This document shows, one piece after another, positions 31,865 to 42,306 of a stretch of DNA of 64,000 bases. Numbering within the stretch: position 1 is the first letter of the stretch; each line of letters opens with the position of its first letter. The DNA is from a virus, in the IMG/VR virus record IMGVR_UViG_3300025941_000015, positions 32,001 through 96,000 of that record; one strand, given 5' to 3'. The notes below the pieces were generated by a model. It searched no databases. It was not told the origin of the DNA and worked only from the letters and a program-made list of their open reading frames with translations. A program made the translations under genes and the position numbers.

Positions 31865-32568
31865 TCCAGAGTCTGGAGCGCGTCGCACACGACGAGGCGT
31901 ACCACGTCGCGAGGCGCTCGAAGCACGGCGACTTGAAGCAGATCACGCGCAGCACGGGTGACCTCGACGAGGCACGAGCGTGGTGCCACGACGCTGACAC
32001 CGTCGTGGTGCTCGTGCGCTCCGAGACGTACGTGGTGCGCTGATGGGGCTCCAGTCACACTCCAGGCGTGCACGGCTGACCAAGGTCATCATCGCCCCGC
32101 CGGTCGCACCCGGCAAGCGTCGGTGCCAGGGTGAGATCTACGAGCGCGCTCGTCACCATCACGTGGCGATCGGCTACGACGCCGGGGGCCACCGCGTCTG
32201 GCAGAAGCAGTGGATCGACGAGCACCTTCGCCCGTGTCTCAACCCGTGCTCGACGTTCGTCACTGAGGTCAACTACTGCGCGCATCACATGCCCACCGAC
32301 TGGGTGGTGCTCGCCAACGCTCGTGTCGAGCTGTGGAACCAGCTCTCGATCGAGGCATGGGAGCACGTGCTCGACACGTACCCTGGCATCGACCCGTGAC
32401 GCGCAAGCTCGTCACGTCACACGTCGGTGATGCGCAGCGCGCCATCATCGGCGAGTGGTGGACCGATGAGATCATCACCAACCAGTACGTCCCCGACGAC
32501 AAGGTCTACATCATCGACACCGACGCACTCGATGTGATCCTCGCACCGGAGTGGATATGGGAGTGAGG

Positions 32569-32603
32569 GTGGAACAGCGTTGTGCGTCGTGTACACTGAC
32601 CAC
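32569..32603 (+). promoter_or_regulatory. cassette promoter P17
   Basis: GTGGAA-17-TACACT-GACCAC-ATG 32604 (gene to 32828). Confidence 0.8.
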
Positions 32604-32973
32604 ATGCCTACCACCATCACCTACACCACCCCCTTCGGAGAAGCCGCCTCGTTCACGATCGAGGTCGACCCGGACACCGGCCACGCCACGATCACGGCCG
32701 ACCTCCGCGACGGCAATGCAGGCGTCGCTCACTTCGTCGACCTCATCGCGGCGACCGACGTCGCGCTGCGCATCGTGCGCCAGGGCATCGAGGCCAACGC
32801 CTCGATCGCACCGTGGATCGAGGTGTGACTCGAACGCCCGCCGCCTCCGGGCGGCGGGCTCCACGGGGCGGGCCAGCGGCCACGCCGCTACCGCACCCGG
32901 TGGGGACGGGATCCGCCATGCACTTCGTGCGATCGAGCCTCGCGCAACGGCGCTGAGGAATCTCGCATGCAGG

Positions 32974-33008
32974 TTGGAACGGCGTTGTGCACCGTGTACG
33001 CTGTTCAC
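32974..33008 (+). promoter_or_regulatory. cassette promoter P18
   Basis: TTGGAA-17-TACGCT-GTTCAC-ATG 33009. Confidence 0.85.
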
Positions 33009-34538
33009 ATGACCTTCACCACCACCGAAACCCGCTCCGCCCTCGGCGCCCTCGCCGACATCATCATGCCGCACCTCGCCGGTCAGGCCGTCAGCATCCC
33101 CACGGGCCTCGCCCACATGTCCTCGGCGCACGACGCTGAGCTGGTCGGCCACCCGCTCGCATCGGTGCTCTTCCCCTACCAGCGCGCAGGCGTGGCCTAC
33201 GCCCTCAAGGCACGCCGTGCCATGATCGGTCACGGCATGGGCCTCGGCAAGACCATCCAGGCCATCGCCACGCTCATGGCCAGCGACAGCTACCCGGCCG
33301 TCGTCGTCGTGCCGCCGAACCTCGCGCTCAACTGGGTCCGCGAGTTCGCGAAGTGGGCGCCCTCGATCACGACGGCCCGCCTCACCGGCCAGACCCCTGG
33401 CTCGATCCCCGACGTCGACGTGCTCATCATCGGTGACTCGGTCGTCGCCCACTGGGCCGACACGATCATCGCCCACGGTCCCCGCGCCCTCGTGATCGAC
33501 GAGTCGCAGCGGATGAAGAACCGCAGCGCCAAGCGGACGAAGGCGGTGCTGGAGATCAGCCGCAAGCTCCCGGCCGATGCCATCGTGCTCGCCCTGACCG
33601 GCACGGCCGTCAAGGCCAACCACGGCGAGCTGCTCCCGCAGATCGAGATCCTCGGCGTCACCGACCTCTTCGGCGGCACGTTCGAGTACCTCAACCGCTA
33701 CTACCCCAAGGTCGGCCGCTTCGACCGCGAGAACCGCAACGGCCTGGAGCTGTTCAATCGCATGAGCGATTCGTTCTACGCACGCCTGCAGTTCGAGGAC
33801 GTGGCCTACCAGATGGGCGACAGCGCGCCGCAGGGTGTCATCCGGGTGCCGCTCGCCGTCGAGCTGGAAGGCAAGGCCGGTCGTGACTACACGAAGGCTC
33901 GTGACAACCTCCGCTCGTACCTCATCGAGACCCGCGGCGAGCGCGCCGCCAACAGCGCCATGCGCGCTGAGGCCCTCGCCCAGCTCGGTGTGCTGCGTCA
34001 GCTCATCGGCCTGGCCAAGGTCATCCCGACCGCCGCTCACGTGCGCAACCTCGTCGAGGACGGCGAGCAGGTCATCGTGTTCGCATGGCACCGCGCCGTG
34101 GTCGACGAGCTGGTCGAGGCCATCAGCGCCTTCACCACGGTCGGCAAGGTCTACGGCTCGATGAAGGTTGAGAACGTCGAGGCTGCCAAGGAGCGCTTCC
34201 AGGCCGGGACCGACCGGGTCATCGTCCTCAACATCGAGGCGGGCTCGGTTGGCCACACGCTGACCGCCGCAGCGAACGTGGTCTTCTGCGAGTACGCCTG
34301 GAGCCCCTCGGACATGCAGCAGGCTGAGGCCCGCTCGAACCGCATCGGCCAGACCCGCAAGGTCGTCAGCCACTGGCTGATGGGAGCCAACGGTGTGCAG
34401 ACGATCGACGAGCGCCTCGTCGAGATCCTCAACGACAAGGCCCTCATCACTGGCACACTGCTCGACGGCAAGGGTGAGACCATGGTCGACAGCGACTCGA
34501 TCACCGACGCCCTGCTCGATTGGGCAGAGAACGGCTGA
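33009..34538 (+). CDS. SNF2/HARP-like helicase
   Basis: LFPYQ, MGLGKTIQA, IDESQ, LTGT, GHTLTAA, QAEARSNRIGQ. Confidence 0.9.
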   Translation: MTFTTTETRSALGALADIIMPHLAGQAVSIPTGLAHMSSAHDAELVGHPLASVLFPYQRAGVAYALKARRAMIGHGMGLGKTIQAIATLMASDSYPAVVVVPPNLALNWVREFAKWAPSITTARLTGQTPGSIPDVDVLIIGDSVVAHWADTIIAHGPRALVIDESQRMKNRSAKRTKAVLEISRKLPADAIVLALTGTAVKANHGELLPQIEILGVTDLFGGTFEYLNRYYPKVGRFDRENRNGLELFNRMSDSFYARLQFEDVAYQMGDSAPQGVIRVPLAVELEGKAGRDYTKARDNLRSYLIETRGERAANSAMRAEALAQLGVLRQLIGLAKVIPTAAHVRNLVEDGEQVIVFAWHRAVVDELVEAISAFTTVGKVYGSMKVENVEAAKERFQAGTDRVIVLNIEAGSVGHTLTAAANVVFCEYAWSPSDMQQAEARSNRIGQTRKVVSHWLMGANGVQTIDERLVEILNDKALITGTLLDGKGETMVDSDSITDALLDWAENG

Positions 34539-34846
34539 GGCATCATGGTCACCACGAGGGGCGCCACTCGGCGCCCCTCTCCCATCGCGAGAGGAACGAA
34601 CATGAGAGAACGACGAAACCAAGTCATCGACAGGTACAACGCAGCTCGACTGCTGCGACGGTTCGAGATCACGGGCATGACCCTCGGGGCGCTCGCATTC
34701 ATCGTGGGCACGGCGCTCACCGCGCTGGCCGGACCGGGCGAGGACGACAGGTGGAACAGCAACACCGCGCTGGTGGCTGGGATCCTCATCATCAGCGGGC
34801 CGCTGTTCGCGCTGTGGCTCCTGTGGACGATGGAGGACGGGGAGCG

Positions 34847-35314
34847 ATGAGGCTCTACCTCGACATCGACGGTGTGATCACCGCCGACCCCAGCTCGTTC
34901 GAGGGCATCGAGTCGTTCGGTGTGGGGGACCACCCCGCGGCAGCCATGATCGACTGGCACCCCGCGCTGTTCGGCGAGATCGCCGACCGCTTCGAGATCG
35001 TGTGGGCCACGTCGTGGATCTGTGCACCGGCTGAGCTGACGCGCCTGGAGCATGCGCTCAATGTGCAGTGCCCGCGAGTCGACCTCACGTACGAGGAGTA
35101 CATCAGCACTCACAACGCACGCTCGTGCGGCAAGCTGCGCGCCGTGCGTCGTCACTTCGAGGCCGACCCCGCGCCGTTCATCTGGGCGGACGATCACATG
35201 GGGCTGCTCGATCGCATCTGGGCCAGCGAGGTGGGCGGGTACGCCATCGCGCCGTCGTACGACGAGGGCGGCCTGTACGCGCTGCTCGACGTGTTGGAGG
35301 TCATGTGCTCATGA
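34847..35314 (+). CDS. HAD-family phosphatase (RNA-repair / Swiss-army-knife type)
   Basis: LYLDIDGVI...IVWATSW...K...FIWADD. Confidence 0.75.
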   Translation: MRLYLDIDGVITADPSSFEGIESFGVGDHPAAAMIDWHPALFGEIADRFEIVWATSWICAPAELTRLEHALNVQCPRVDLTYEEYISTHNARSCGKLRAVRRHFEADPAPFIWADDHMGLLDRIWASEVGGYAIAPSYDEGGLYALLDVLEVMCS

Positions 35315-36623
35315 CCAAGGCGGAGCGGCAGACAGGGCGCACCACGCGCATGTTGAAGCTGGCTCTCGTCCGCAGGCAGACCGCGCCCGTGCGCATCGTG
35401 GTGCTCAACGCGGCGATGATCAAGGTGTGCCTACGCATGGAGCCGGAGCTGAGGCACAACGACTTCGTTGTGATCTCACGAGACCTCGATCACCGGCTGC
35501 GCGGCATGCGCAGTCAGTCACAGGTGTTCGTCGACCATGCAGTGTGGGAGCAAGCCTCGACCAGGGATCTCAAACGGCTGCGCGCCGTGCTCCGGCTGAT
35601 GGACGTGCGCCCATGACCGCGCTGCACGATGCGATCGACAAGCTCGACGGGCTGCGCCGGATCCCAGGCACGTGGTCACAGCTCATCACGAACGCCTCGA
35701 ACGACGGCACGCCGTTGTGGTCCCTCTCATGCAAGTACGGGCCGGAGCATCGGAGCGTGCACTACTCATCAACAGATCTGCTCGAAGTGGTCACCAACCT
35801 GGAGACGCACCTCGGGCACCAAGGGCTCACACCAGAGCAACCAACCCCAACCAAGTACAAACTGAAACGGAGCACAACATGATCAAGATCAAAGTCACCG
35901 GGTACCTCTACGTCGAGGACGACGAGGCTGACCTCGAACACGACAGCGGTCTCACACAGGAAGCGTTCGACGACTACAGCGAGCAGTTCCCGCTCGACGA
36001 CCTCACCTTCGAGGTCGCCCCGGCATGACCTACACGACGTGGAAGCGAGGGCTACGGGCGGGCACGCGCCTGTTCGTCGAGAACCATCGACGGCCGTGGC
36101 TCTCGCGCCACGTCGTTGTCGTGTCAGTGAGCAAGCGCCACATCGAGGTTGACACTGTGGACGGCAGCTATCCCCGCGCCCGCATCGCTCTGCCCGCTGC
36201 GAGCTTCACCTCGATGAAGGACAACGTGTGCACGATCCTCGCCGATCACGACGGGCCCCGCTTCAACATTGAGCGTGGCAAGATCAGCTCATCGTTGTTG
36301 CTCGCCGGTCAGCCACTGCTGAGCATCGAGCTGCTGCAGTGAGAGACGCACGATTCCACCTCGCATGGCTGATGTGGTGCTACCAGCAGGGCTACACCGC
36401 GCCGGAGGACCGCGAGGGCGGCATGGGCAACTGGCTGCTGCGTGACCCCACGCTGCTCGTCGAGGAGGACGCCATCGAGCGTGAGCATCTGCTCGCCATG
36501 GCCGACGAGATCCTCGCACTGCTGCAGTGAAGCTCCCCAGTGACGGCACGCTCCACGCCATCACACATCTCATCATCGCTGTGTGGCTGCTCGTCCTCAC
36601 GTACGTCGTGACTCGAAGCTGAG

Positions 36624-36980
36624 TCACAGGCCCATGCGATGGGCCACGTGCACGTACGGGTAGACATCGACGTTGTGCCACGCCTGTCGACGCCCCGCCA
36701 CCAGCTCGGCATCGAGGCCGAACCGATCGACCGCATCGAGCACGAGCACTGGAGCATCGGTGCGATGCACGTGAGCGAGGCGCTCCATGCTGCCCGACGC
36801 CCACTTGAGGCCCCGGTGCGTGATCCACCGATTCATGCGCCCCGCCGCATCGATGATGTCGTCGTACTTGCCCAGCTCGAAGTCGCCCTCGATGGTGGTG
36901 ACATTCACGTGGTATCGGCCGTCGCCGTTCGGGCCGCAGTCATGCAGCAGGGTGAGCGTTGCGTTGTGGTTTGTCATCAC
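36624..36980 (-). CDS. hypothetical protein on the minus strand
   Basis: ORF with a perfect TTGACA upstream (37009-37014, minus strand), but -10 spacing is poor. Confidence 0.5.
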   Translation of the reverse strand: MMTNHNATLTLLHDCGPNGDGRYHVNVTTIEGDFELGKYDDIIDAAGRMNRWITHRGLKWASGSMERLAHVHRTDAPVLVLDAVDRFGLDAELVAGRRQAWHNVDVYPYVHVAHRMGL

Positions 36981-37717
36981 CTACTACAAGGAGCGCTCGA
37001 CCTCGAAGTGTCAAAGCTCTTGGGAGAAACTTCAGATTGCTGCTACCCTCCCGCAACAGCGATGCCCCGTAAGGTGCGCACCGTTCCAAGGGTCGGCAAA
37101 CGTGGGTTCAACTCCCATGACCTCGGTACGGGTCATCGTGAGTGGAGGCATCCACCGGGTCACCAGGCTCGTCGAGGTGGGTAGGCAGAAGGCTTAGCGG
37201 CCCGACACCTGGCACCTCGACGACCTGTCCGGTTGGTATGCCGAATCGGCGGCCCGCTCCAAGCTCGAATCCATGGAGTCAAGAGAGAGCACAGCATGGC
37301 CACTCCCACTGCAGTGCCGTTGTGCAACACCAGTGCAGTCGAGGAGCTGTGCGTGTACGTGCTACCGGCTGTGAGCCATGTGCCGTATGCCTGGGCTCAG
37401 TCCGGCTCGCCCCCACGTCAGAGGCCCTTTCCGTCGTACGCAGCGCCCCGACGGCCCGCTACAGTGCCCCCATGCCCATCACCATCATCACCAGCCACCA
37501 CCAGCTCGAACGAGACCATCTGAGCGATGAGGAGATCGCCGTGCACGCCCCACACCGGGTGCGCTGTTTGAGCTGCCCCAGCACACCGCTGATGACCATC
37601 GCTGTTGCACAAGAGCACTGTGCCAAGCCGCCCCGCAACCCCACTCCCACGCTCCACCGGCTGTTCACCATCGCCTGAGTACGGGCCTCCCCGTGCATAG
37701 GTGTTGCAGCTACCATG

Positions 37718-37840
37718 GCAACGCTGTTGCACAAGACCTGTGTGATCCCCGTATCACCACAGGGTGCGGGAGGATACCAGCAGGGCGTGCCGAACACAAC
37801 GTCGTTGCAGTGTGACGTCTGACCTACGCAACGACGTTGT
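37718..37840. promoter_or_regulatory. cluster of three CAAC-N3-GTTG palindromes
   Basis: CAACGCTGTTG 37719, CAACGTCGTTG 37797, CAACGACGTTG 37829 in non-coding DNA. Confidence 0.7.
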
Positions 37841-37940
37841 GATCCAGCCGCCTGCACGGTAGCCTACCCCCCCACCGCTTAACCGATCTGACGCCAGCCG
37901 GGCGGGCCAGGTCACCCTCAGTCGTAAAGGCCCTTCAACC

Positions 37941-38378
37941 CTATTCCTCGTACTCAAGAGCAACGGAGTTGTCGTACTCAAGCCCCAACAAGGCCATACG
38001 CTCCTGGTGCTTCTCCCAATACCACTCCACTGCATCGTCGTAGTCGTTGAAGTGCTTCTCGATACGCCGCCCGTCTGGCCACCGCAGGCGACAGCGCCAA
38101 CGGCCCTTGTGCCACCCAACATTCGGTGTTTCCACTGAAACGCTGTTGAGCTGGTTGTGGCGATCGCCCCCTATACGCAGGTTGCGCCTCCGGTTGTCCA
38201 GCGTGTTCTTGTTGATGTGGTCGACCACGTCACCCGGCTGGGCGCCCATGATGTGCCGGTGGAGGTACACCATCTTGCCGTTCAAGCGCCTTACGGCATA
38301 GCGGTAGCTCTTCCCATGGCGCCCAAACTCGCAGATGTACCAGCCTGTGAGGTCAATATCCGGGTCGGCAACGATCAT
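37941..38378 (-). CDS. HNH homing endonuclease with AP2-like C-terminus
   Basis: YLHRHIM...VVDHINKNTLDNRRRNLR; GVW-like/WRCRL...KHF. Confidence 0.85.
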   Translation of the reverse strand: MIVADPDIDLTGWYICEFGRHGKSYRYAVRRLNGKMVYLHRHIMGAQPGDVVDHINKNTLDNRRRNLRIGGDRHNQLNSVSVETPNVGWHKGRWRCRLRWPDGRRIEKHFNDYDDAVEWYWEKHQERMALLGLEYDNSVALEYEE

Positions 38379-38405
38379 GTCGAAAGGGTAGCAGCGCAGG
38401 GGCTG

Positions 38406-38442
38406 TAACAGCGTTGTGGCTGGCCGCCCATCGTGCTACCCT
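38406..38442 (+). promoter_or_regulatory. promoter with operator overlapping the -35
   Basis: TAACAGCGTTG; TTGTGG-17-TACCCT; AAGGAGG then GTG 38469. Confidence 0.6.
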
Positions 38443-38468
38443 CCTCCCTCTACCAAGGAGGATCAGCA

Positions 38469-41400
38469 GTGGAAGCGCACATCAGTACCTACGGCACCGA
38501 GGCGGGGAGCACTCAGCACTGGCAGTTGTTCGTCGACGGCCTGTTCATTGCCGAAACGTCGGTACCGGAGCATCTGGTGGTGTTCCAGCGCATTGCTGAT
38601 GTGGTCAATGTTGGAGCCTGTACCTGTCAGCCGTACTGGCCTGTCGGCCATCCGAACCACATCTGCACCTGTGGGGCGTTTGTGAGCAACAGCGTTGAAT
38701 CTGGCGGCACGGCGAACCATGGGGCATGAATGGGTCGATTTCACCGTGCGGGCGAAGCTCTCACGACACAACTCCGCTCAGGACGACTTCGACGACGAGC
38801 GGTGGGCCGAATTGCGCCGTTTGATCGAGGAGCTGTGCAAGCAGTTCACTGATATTGACGCAGAGGCGTACTCATGAGCGTGCAGTGCCACGGAACCACC
38901 AGTCAGGGGCGCTGTCGTCGTCAGGCCGAAGAGGGTTCAATTACCTGCCATCTGCACGAGCACCACGACGTCCGTGGTGCGTACGAGTTGAAGACGAATA
39001 CGGAGATCCGGCGGCCCGGTGAAGTGGCTATCGGCGTATTCGGCGGCAAGCCGGACGGATTCGCCTGGGTGTCGGCCGACAAGGCTCGGGCCTTCGCTAT
39101 GGAGCTGTTGCGGGCGGCTCGCGACGCCGATGACTACGCTCAGGGGCTCCCATGACCGAACGGCATTGCAAGTGGTGCGGTATCCGGCTGCCGTGGTGGC
39201 GCTGGAGGAACTGTCGAGACTGCCACTTCGATCTTGTGTTCGACCGCTCGTCCCCCACTCACCGCAAGAACGCCCGCTACCCGTCAGTAACGGACGAACC
39301 ATGATCACGGCGACCATCCACGACGACTACAACGGATCAGGCCGAGTAACCCAAGTGCGCGTCGGCAACGTCATCGTCTGGACTTGGGCCTGGCACGTCG
39401 ATGGCCCACCATCAGCCGACCTCGCCGACCTGCTCAACACACTTGCCCGTTACCCGTCAGTAACGGACCAAGCCACACACAACACCGAGGAGTACTACGG
39501 CTTCGAGCCGGGTCAGAAGGTAGGAGAAGTCATGACCGGACCAGAAGGCTTCGTGGACGACGATCCACGAGGCGTGCCCACCGAGCTGCTGCAAGCATGG
39601 TGGCACGAGACGATCGACAACATGTTCAACGACGGGCTGCTGCCGTTGCGCATGATCTGTGACAACAAGGCGGGCAACCGCATGAGCATCAGCTACATGG
39701 CACCAGAGGAAGAGGAAGAATGAGCAAGGACGTGAACATCACCAGCGAGAGCGGTAAGCGGGTGACGATCGAGCGCAACGTCGTTTCCAACACGGAGCAC
39801 GCCGTCTACCGGTCGGAGATCGGTGTGTGGCCCGACGACAAGCCCTCCCAGCGCGCCTGGGCGCTCTCGGTCGTGACACAGAAGCTGATCCCGCTGTTCA
39901 AGACCGATGACGACCTGAGTGAGCTGTTCGAGGCCGCTGAGCGGATCGTGGAGTGGGTAGAGAACGGGAAGGAAGAGGAATCGTGATCCCCCAAGGACGA
40001 GTTACACCGGCCACGCTGCAGAAGCGGGCCGAGGAGATGGCGAAGCTGTTCGCCGAGTTCGCCGACATGGTGAAACGGGTGCAACTGCCTGAGTCGGCGC
40101 TCGGGCAGCAGTACATCGACCCGAAGGGCTCCTACATCGAGCGGAGCCGGGCGAAGCAGGACTGGTACCGGGACACGCCGACCATGCCCCTGCACGTGGT
40201 CACCACGCCCCCGAGCGAGCACGTCGAGCAACTGCAGGCCATCTCCAGGGGCATGGCCAACGCTGTTCGGCGGATCCGAAAGCTGGAGGAGGACGTGCGT
40301 CTCCTGCACGAGGCGCAGTTGGCTACTGTTCAGGACGTGCTCAGACTGCAGGAGAGCGTGAGACGTCTGGAACACCACGATGGCTCGCAGCAGGAGCACG
40401 GCTGATGCCCCGCCCCGCTGCCGCCCAGGAGCCCCATCTCGGGTGGGCCACCTCCGAAGACATGATGCGTGAACTGATCTGCCGGTTCAAGATGACTCAG
40501 TACACCGACGGCATCGAATCGTTCGCCGCCGTGGAACGTGCCCTGGTCTTGGCGGAGATGCTCGGCAGCATGAGTGCCCCCGAGCGCGAGTACCGAACGG
40601 TGGACGGCTGATGCCCGGACCCGCCACCGTCGACTCGCTCGTCTTCCAGGGCTGCTCCATCCATCGGGGCCACAACGTGAAGCTCTGCATCGGGTGTGTG
40701 GACGATTCGCTCCGCAGGCTCGTCATGGTCGTCCAGACGCTGGTCGACGTCAGCGAGGAGCGTCACGCCGCCACCCTGGAGCGCCAGGATGCCACCATCG
40801 AATCCTTCAAGGCCATCAAGACCGCTCTAGAGCTGTTGCACCCAGAGGAGATCACCGAGTGAACCGCGTCGGCTGGCGCAAGACCGAAGTGGTCGAGGGC
40901 CACTTCCACTGGTACCAGCCGAGCGATGATCTGACCGTCACGGGCATCAACATGCCAATGACGGGCGGGATGCCGGAGATCTTCCACACACACATGATCA
41001 GGGGTGCGATCGGCACGACCACGAGCGGTCAGGTCGAGAAGGACGCCCCGTTCCACTTCCACCAGTTCCCAGCCCCATGAGCGACGACATCTCTGTGCGC
41101 GAGGAGCGCTTCATCGCGCCTGACCTTCACGGCGACGAGATCCGCATGGGCATCCGCATGATGTCGGTCGGGCCCGCTGGCGAAGAGTGGCTGAACGAGC
41201 ATGCGCCCGGCTGGCGCGACCACGTGACCACCATGGACATGAACGTCGCCCTCACAGTCTCCGACTCCGAGGTGCTGCGTACGGCAGCACCGATCCAACT
41301 GATCAAGAGCTGCCGAGCCATGCTCGCCAGAGCGCTGGCGGAGAAGATCATCGATCGCCTCGAACCCATCACCTCGCGCTACACCACCGACCGCCACGAG

Positions 41401-41782
41401 CACATCCGAGTGTCGAAGTGACGGGCTGCCCGATCTGCGGTGCGGCTGCGCCCCCGGCGAGGGACGCCGTGACCCGCTGCGACAACGGCCACGTGTTCTC
41501 ACTGAACGACAGCGTGCCGAGCAGCCCCGAGGTGAACGACGAGCACTGGGATGAGCTGTGGCTCAGATTCAACGACGTCAAGGGGGAGTTCGAGCTGTCA
41601 TGAAGCACGATCTGAACTTCGGGATCACTCGCGAGGAGTACATGCGCGACATCGAGCCCTCGCTGACAAGGCCGCTGTCGCTAGGTGCTCAGCAGACACG
41701 GGGCCCGGCGGTCGGGGCCGCAGGGGCCAATCAGCTCAAGGACATTGAGGTGCGCCGCAAGAAGCCGCCCAAGGACGGCTGA
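38469..41782 (+). other. run of about 15 small hypothetical genes
   Basis: Co-oriented short ORFs with stop/start overlaps. Confidence 0.6.
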
Positions 41783-42201
41783 CTCAGCGTCTATGGTGAG
41801 GTAGTCCCCCCGCCCGACAACAATCAACTCTTGTGCAGGGTGAGGCCCGGCGCGTCGCTAACTTCATTACTCACAGGCGGACGGGGGGACACCTCAGGGC
41901 CGATTGTCCACATCCCACCGTCTACTCTGGGGACAACGCCTACACAGGAGGAATCATGTTTGCAGTCGTGCTCGCAGCGGATGACGGGATCTGGACAGGC
42001 AAGTTCACGCTTGCCGATGTCTGCTTCCTCGTTGCCTTCATTCTGTTCATCATCGCCTTCGTGATCCGGGTCCAGGCCAAGGCGATCGACGCAGCGATCG
42101 TTGCCGCAGCGTTCGCTGCCGTGGCGCTCGGCTGGCTCGTCCTATGACCCCCTGATCTCGACCTCATTCCCTGACATACGAAAGGGGGTGCTGTATCTGC
42201 C

Positions 42202-42225
42202 AGGAGGGGCCTTCGGGCCCCTTCT
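42202..42225 (+). terminator. intrinsic terminator-like hairpin
   Basis: GGGGCC-TTCG-GGCCCC-TTCT. Confidence 0.65.
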
Positions 42226-42237
42226 GCGCGTGTTAGG

Positions 42238-42267
42238 TTGCGCACAACAACAATGACGTTGTAGAGT
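42238..42267 (+). promoter_or_regulatory. promoter of the HTH gene, operator in the spacer
   Basis: TTGCGC-18-TAGAGT; CAATGACGTTG 42251-42261. Confidence 0.6.
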
Positions 42268-42306
42268 GGTACCCGTAACACCCAACCACAACAAGGAGAA
42301 CAGAAC

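Larger units (their letters stand above)
17068..36530 (+). other. accessory (putative early / host-takeover) region of several dozen small co-oriented genes in promoter-headed cassettes
   Basis: Mostly 40-250 aa ORFs joined by ATGA/GTGA/TGATG overlaps and punctuated by repeated promoters. Confidence 0.8.

Noticed and set aside
18095-33008. CRISPR array (repeat-spacer appearance, Cas4-like gene at 8231)
   Set aside because: Spacers are 0.3-2.2 kb of genes, repeats are degenerate promoters, and there is no cas1/cas2. Solo Cas4-like nucleases are common in phages.
18095-33008. Integron attC cassette array
   Set aside because: No RYYYAAC...GTTRRRY long imperfect hairpins and no integrase in the window; each repeat carries its own promoter.
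37054-37130. tRNA gene
   Set aside because: A T-arm is present but I could not build a matching acceptor stem or D/anticodon arms; kept only as an ncRNA candidate.
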